From positions 832,001 to 896,000 of the forward strand of contig CBDBHB010000008.1 in the NCBI GenBank assembly GCA_965205505.1: DNA of 64,000 nucleotides, given 5' to 3'. The translations under genes and the position numbers were made by a program. Of the stretch, positions 60,112-64,000 are shown in pieces. The notes under the pieces are model-generated. The model did no database searches. It was not told where the DNA came from and saw nothing but the letters and a program-made list of their open reading frames with translations. Source of the stretch: Acidobacteriota bacterium. GTDB lineage: Bacteria > Acidobacteriota > UBA890 > WLXD01. How positions within the stretch are numbered: position 1 is the first letter of the stretch; the number at the start of each line of letters is the position of its first letter.

Positions 60112-60345
60112 ACTAACCCGCAACCAGGAGGTCGGTAGGGCGACGCGACCCAACGGTTATCGATCTGACCGCCCGGTCCGGGCGACTGCGAAGGTCACTA
60201 CGAGCTTCGAGCTCGGCAGCTAGATTGCAGCGCCTCGAATCGGGACGGACCCCAGAATGCACCGGACGACCTGAATCCTCGTCCACCAGAGTGCGAATAG
60301 GAGCATGGCGTGCAGATCGATTCTTCGCTGGGCACCACATTGCCC
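60112..60345 (+). ncRNA. Candidate bridge/seek RNA of the IS1111-type element
   Basis: Stem 60181-60191/60225-60234 encloses two 9-nt internal-loop strands and a CGAGC/GCTCG hairpin; one strand matches the insertion site. Confidence 0.7.
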
Positions 60346-60371
60346 TTGACCGAACTAGGCCTTCTCTTAGA

Positions 60372-60647
60372 AGTGGCCTGAGTCAGAGGTTCGTTGCATA
60401 TTGCTGGGCCGAGATAGGGGCAAGCTCAAGGCGCGATGAGAATGGCGATCCTCTCCGATCGTCGACGAATCGCAACGCCGAGATTGCCCCTATATCGTCC
60501 CAGCCTTCCGGGTGACGGCGGGACCGGCCGCCTCCGGCGTCGCGGCGCCTCGACGATACACCCAGCATCGCCCTCGTCGCCGCTCCTACAATTCGCCCCG
60601 GTCGCGCGCGCCACAAACGTCACCGTACTTATGATCAGGAGCACTAG
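60372..60647. mobile_element. MITE copy whose left CTAG end was split by the IS
   Basis: Right half nearly identical to about 41960-42105; left part matches 22751-22857 inverted. Confidence 0.85.
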
Positions 60648-61348
60648 GGATCGCGTCGTGCGCTGTCGATCACCAGTGGAACCATCGGCATGTATCCCAA
60701 GGTCGTGCCAGGTTCCGGCGCTGTCGGCACCAGAGTGATCCGATCGACGGCCTCGATCCCTTCGACGACCAGCCCGAACACCGTGTACCCCGGGTGATCG
60801 GTCCCGGCGTGGTCGAGACTCGGGTTGTCGAGGTAGTTGATGAAGAACTGTGAAGTCGCGCTATCGATATCGCTTCCCCGACGGGCAAGCGCCACCGTAC
60901 CGCGCAGGTTCGCAAGGCCGTTGTGAGCCTCGCTGACAACCGGATCGTGCGTCGGCCGTGCATTCAGATCCGCGTCATAGCCACCTGCCTGGATGACGGG
61001 GAGGGCAAACGGCGGCTCGACGCGATGGAAGATTGTGCCGTCGTAGAACCCCTCGTCGACGTAGCGCAGGAAGTTGGCGACGCTCACCGGCGCTCGATCC
61101 TCGTACAAGGCCACCACGATGTCACCCACCGTGGTAGTCAACCGAACTCGCGGCGCATGGGCCGGCAGCGGAGCAGGATCGATCACCGGGCCGCGCTCCG
61201 GCAACGGGTCGTGTAGCCATGCATCGCGTCCACCGCACGCCGCGACGGCGAGCAAGACAGAAACGAGCCCCGCGCACAGCACGGCCGGCGACCTTAGCAC
61301 CGCCGCACGCCGACCGGGCAACCTCGGCTCAGTACGTCTCGACCACAT
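60644..61348 (-). CDS. Cyclophilin-type peptidyl-prolyl isomerase (probable lipoprotein)
   Basis: APVSVANFLRYVDEGFYDGTIFHRV, RGTVALAR, SATSQFFIN, YTVFG. Confidence 0.9.
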   Translation of the reverse strand: MWSRRTEPRLPGRRAAVLRSPAVLCAGLVSVLLAVAACGGRDAWLHDPLPERGPVIDPAPLPAHAPRVRLTTTVGDIVVALYEDRAPVSVANFLRYVDEGFYDGTIFHRVEPPFALPVIQAGGYDADLNARPTHDPVVSEAHNGLANLRGTVALARRGSDIDSATSQFFINYLDNPSLDHAGTDHPGYTVFGLVVEGIEAVDRITLVPTAPEPGTTLGYMPMVPLVIDSARRDP

Positions 61349-62561
61349 CGTAGAGAGGAGTTTTCCGACGCGCCGGTGTGAACCCAGACTCACGGATGAG
61401 CTCGATGGTCTCTTCGGTGGTAGTTCTCACATCGTGCGCCGCTTCGTGCAACACGTTCTCCTCGATCAACGTACCACCGAAGTCGTCTGTCCCGAACTGG
61501 AGCGCCACCTGACCGGCCTTCTTGCCCTCTGAGAACCATGAGGCCTGTATGTGGCGAACGTTGTCGAGGTAGAGGCGCGCCAGAGCCAGGACCCGAAGGT
61601 ACACGGACGGCCCGACGCTATCGGGAAACTGGCGCTCCATCGGCGTGTTGACAGCCTTGTGCGACCACGGAATGAACGCCGTGAACCCCTGCCCGTCAGC
61701 TTCGTCCTGTACGCGGCGCAAACACTCCATGTGTTCGATAACGTCGGCCGGCTGCTCCGCATGCCCATACATCAGCGTGGCAGTCGTTCGCAACCCCTGC
61801 CGATGTGCAGCTCGATGGATTTCGAGCCACTCGAGGCTGCTCTGCTTCTTGGGAGAAATGCGAGCGCGCACCCGGTCAGAGAGCAGCTCGGCGCCGCCAC
61901 CTGGCATCGTCGTAAGGCCAGCGTCGCCCAGCGCACGAAAGATGTCGTCGTAGTCGAGTCCCGACACCTCGCGCATCTTGCCGATCTCCGGCGCCGAGAA
62001 CAGGTGCGGATGGACGTCGGGGAAGCGCTCCCGGAATGTTCTCGTCACGTCGACGTAATACGAAAACGGCAGCTCGTCGTACAACCCACCCTGAAGGAGC
62101 ACGGTCGTCGCGCCAAGCTCGACCGACCTTCCGATCGTATCCATGAGCTCATCGATCGTCTGCGCGTACCCCTCCTTGGCATCGCCGGGCTTACGGTAAA
62201 AGGCGCAGAACAGGCAATCGGCGTCGCAGAAGTTGGTGTAGTTCGGGTTGCTGTCGATCACGAACGTTACGCGGCGCTCTGGGTTGTGGCGATAACGCCA
62301 GACATTGGCCAACTCGCCAAGCTCCGCCAACGGTGCCTGGGTAAGCAACCACAGGCCTTCCTGCGGAGTGATGCGCGCGCCATCGTCGACTTTCTCGCGA
62401 ATCTCCTCGGATCGGACCGAGCGCGTGCCCTGGGTCAGCAGATCACCCAGCACGCAGCCTGGGGCGGCACCGGCGGCCGTGTTGCTGCCCAACTTAGCTG
62501 CCTTCCGACGTGAAGCGCGCATCACGTCCGAGGCCTTGGTAACCAGGCCGGGTGCGGTCAC
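61329..62561 (-). CDS. mqnC: Cyclic dehypoxanthinyl futalosine synthase (radical SAM)
   Basis: NPNYTNFCDADCLFCAFYR, LLQGG, PGGGAE, IQASW, DDFGGTLIEENV. Confidence 0.85.
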   Translation of the reverse strand: MTAPGLVTKASDVMRASRRKAAKLGSNTAAGAAPGCVLGDLLTQGTRSVRSEEIREKVDDGARITPQEGLWLLTQAPLAELGELANVWRYRHNPERRVTFVIDSNPNYTNFCDADCLFCAFYRKPGDAKEGYAQTIDELMDTIGRSVELGATTVLLQGGLYDELPFSYYVDVTRTFRERFPDVHPHLFSAPEIGKMREVSGLDYDDIFRALGDAGLTTMPGGGAELLSDRVRARISPKKQSSLEWLEIHRAAHRQGLRTTATLMYGHAEQPADVIEHMECLRRVQDEADGQGFTAFIPWSHKAVNTPMERQFPDSVGPSVYLRVLALARLYLDNVRHIQASWFSEGKKAGQVALQFGTDDFGGTLIEENVLHEAAHDVRTTTEETIELIRESGFTPARRKTPLYDVVETY

Positions 62562-63416
62562 GTCGTGGTCTCCGAACGGTGCACCGGACGGCGCTCCTCC
62601 CACCAGGGTGATTCCGATAGCAGGACGCGAAAGCGTTCGATCGCTTCGGTCTCCGGCGCGCCGAGCCGATAAGTGAACCCCATCAGGTAGGCATAGGCCG
62701 CGACGGCATCGAGCCCAGCCTGACCGCCGTGTGCGACGGCAAGTGGATGTAGGTCGCGCAGGCTCTGATCGAGCGAGGTGGCCAGGCGATCGAGCAACTC
62801 GGCGCTCGCGGCCGACGTTGCCTCGCGGCGAACCACCCACCTCGCGAACACGAACGGCAGTCCCTGCCACCGTTTCCACGCGGCACTCAGATCAAGCGCC
62901 TGACTCCAGCGCCCACCGGTCAGGCTCATGGACACCGCACCGTAGTCGCGCGCGCCGGGTACGAGTCCTCCGGAGGCCGCCTCCTTGAGTGCTGCATCGC
63001 CAATCAACAGGACCGCTTCGTCGTCGTCGATAGCCTGTTCGCGGCGTACGTAGCGTGCAGCACCCACGTCGTAGCGTCGCTCCAGCAGCAAGTCGCAGCA
63101 GCGGATACGAGGTGCTGGTCTGTCCCGTTACCGCTACGCTCGCGCCGCAGAGTTGATCCGGTGATACGCGCGAGAACAGCAACACAGAATGGGCCGGCCC
63201 ATCGCACGCCACACAGAGGCTGCCCAGCGTCGTGAACTCCGGACTCCTGAAGGAATCGCACAGCGACATGATGCCGGCGTCAATCTCACCGCGGCGCGCT
63301 GCCTTTCCGAGCATACGTGGCGGCAAATCGATGAGATCAAAGGTGCCGTCATCAACGTGCTGATAGAAGGGGACAGAGTTCAGGTACGGGATCCGCGCAA
63401 CCCTCAGTGGGCTCAT
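62558..63416 (-). pseudogene. mqnA: Chorismate dehydratase with a single frameshift at about 63090 (possibly an artefact)
   Basis: IPYLNSVPF...SVLLFS..TSTS, then in the other frame LLIGDAAL...DLSAAW...GLPFVFARW. Confidence 0.82.
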
Positions 63417-64000
63417 GGGGAGCTCGCAACTCTCACTTCGGACTCGCCGGCGAGCGAGACGTCGGCAGGCACCTCCGGCGCGCCTTGGACGGTCGCCGGA
63501 GTCTGGGCCAGGCGTCGTACGTCGCGGGCGCTCTCTCCGAGCAGGTCCCAGGTATGCAGTCCATGGTGCTCGACGTCCACGGCCACCGGCTCGGCAACCT
63601 TGCCGCGCAACGCAATCGGTTCACCGTTGGCTATCTCCATCCGCTGCGACCAGTGGGCGGTGCGGTCCGGTGGCGGGTATACCGCGACGATCCGATACAT
63701 CGCATCGCGTTGCACCGGTAGGCGGCCGGCCTCGCGGATCATCTTCGTAAGCTTCTGCGTGGTCATGCCCGCCGGACTGCTCGCCAACGCCGCGTGAGCA
63801 ATGAGCTCCTCGCCAATTGTGCCGTCGAGGTCGTCAGCACCCCATTGCAGCGCCATCGACGCGGTTTCCGCTCCGAGCATCACCCAGTAGGCCTTGATGT
63901 GCGGGAAGTTATCGAGCAGTAGCCGAGCGGCAGCGATCGTTCTGAGGTCCTCGAGGGCAGACGCCGGACGGTCGACGATGTTGGAGTACCCGAGCTGGAA
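63413..64000 (-). CDS. mqnE: Aminofutalosine synthase, C-terminal part (runs off the window)
   Basis: ARLLLDNFPHIKAYWVMLG...GADDLDGTIGEE.I.H.A...PVQRD. Confidence 0.82.
   Translation of the reverse strand, partial: FQLGYSNIVDRPASALEDLRTIAAARLLLDNFPHIKAYWVMLGAETASMALQWGADDLDGTIGEELIAHAALASSPAGMTTQKLTKMIREAGRLPVQRDAMYRIVAVYPPPDRTAHWSQRMEIANGEPIALRGKVAEPVAVDVEHHGLHTWDLLGESARDVRRLAQTPATVQGAPEVPADVSLAGESEVRVASSP

Larger units (their letters stand above)
59216..60373 (+). mobile_element. Decayed IS110-family element of IS1111 type
   Basis: Sub-terminal inverted repeats ATGAGAAGGCC (59223-59233) and GGCCTTCTCTT (60358-60368); AG core at both ends; transposase remnant; long right non-coding region. 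Confidence 0.85.

Noticed and set aside
60346-60373. Circle-junction promoter of the IS (TTGACC...TAGAAG)
   Set aside because: The -35 box is plausible, but the -10 box is weak and I could not show that end-joining creates it.
3629-63416. Frameshifts in GH20, the protease, mqnA and the first ORF as programmed frameshifting
   Set aside because: They are single-base indels, some in homopolymer runs, in unrelated genes including mqnA. Sequencing error or recent mutation is simpler; reads are needed to decide.
1-64000. tRNA, rRNA or selC genes
   Set aside because: No recognisable cloverleaf or rRNA sequence found by eye; Sec machinery is not visible in this window.

Overview
A GC-rich bacterial chromosomal window; an Acidobacteriota-like origin is my inference from gene content only. 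It is mostly housekeeping and metabolic genes: frdABCD, pruA, trkA/trkH, ddl, a pabA/pabB/pabC-like operon, futalosine-pathway mqnA/C/D/E, pcm, Fur, a GGDEF/HD-GYP protein, a GlcNAc-related cluster and a type IV pilin-like cluster. Several genes carry single-base frameshifts, which may be assembly errors. Main finding: three minus-strand genes have in-frame TGA codons, each followed by a hairpin starting 11 nt downstream with a loop G at +18. Two are thioredoxin-fold UxxC proteins, typical selenoproteins. The third is a membrane Ser/Thr kinase with an N-terminal C-x4-U motif, a candidate new selenoprotein class. Second finding: a decayed IS1111-type IS110 element has a readable bridge/seek-RNA loop whose guide matches the end of the CTAG-targeting MITE it inserted into. 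A scar of the same IS end remains at the trkH/ddl junction. A radical SAM gene is split by a 2.4 kb mosaic insert that includes a diverged copy of a locus 11 kb away.
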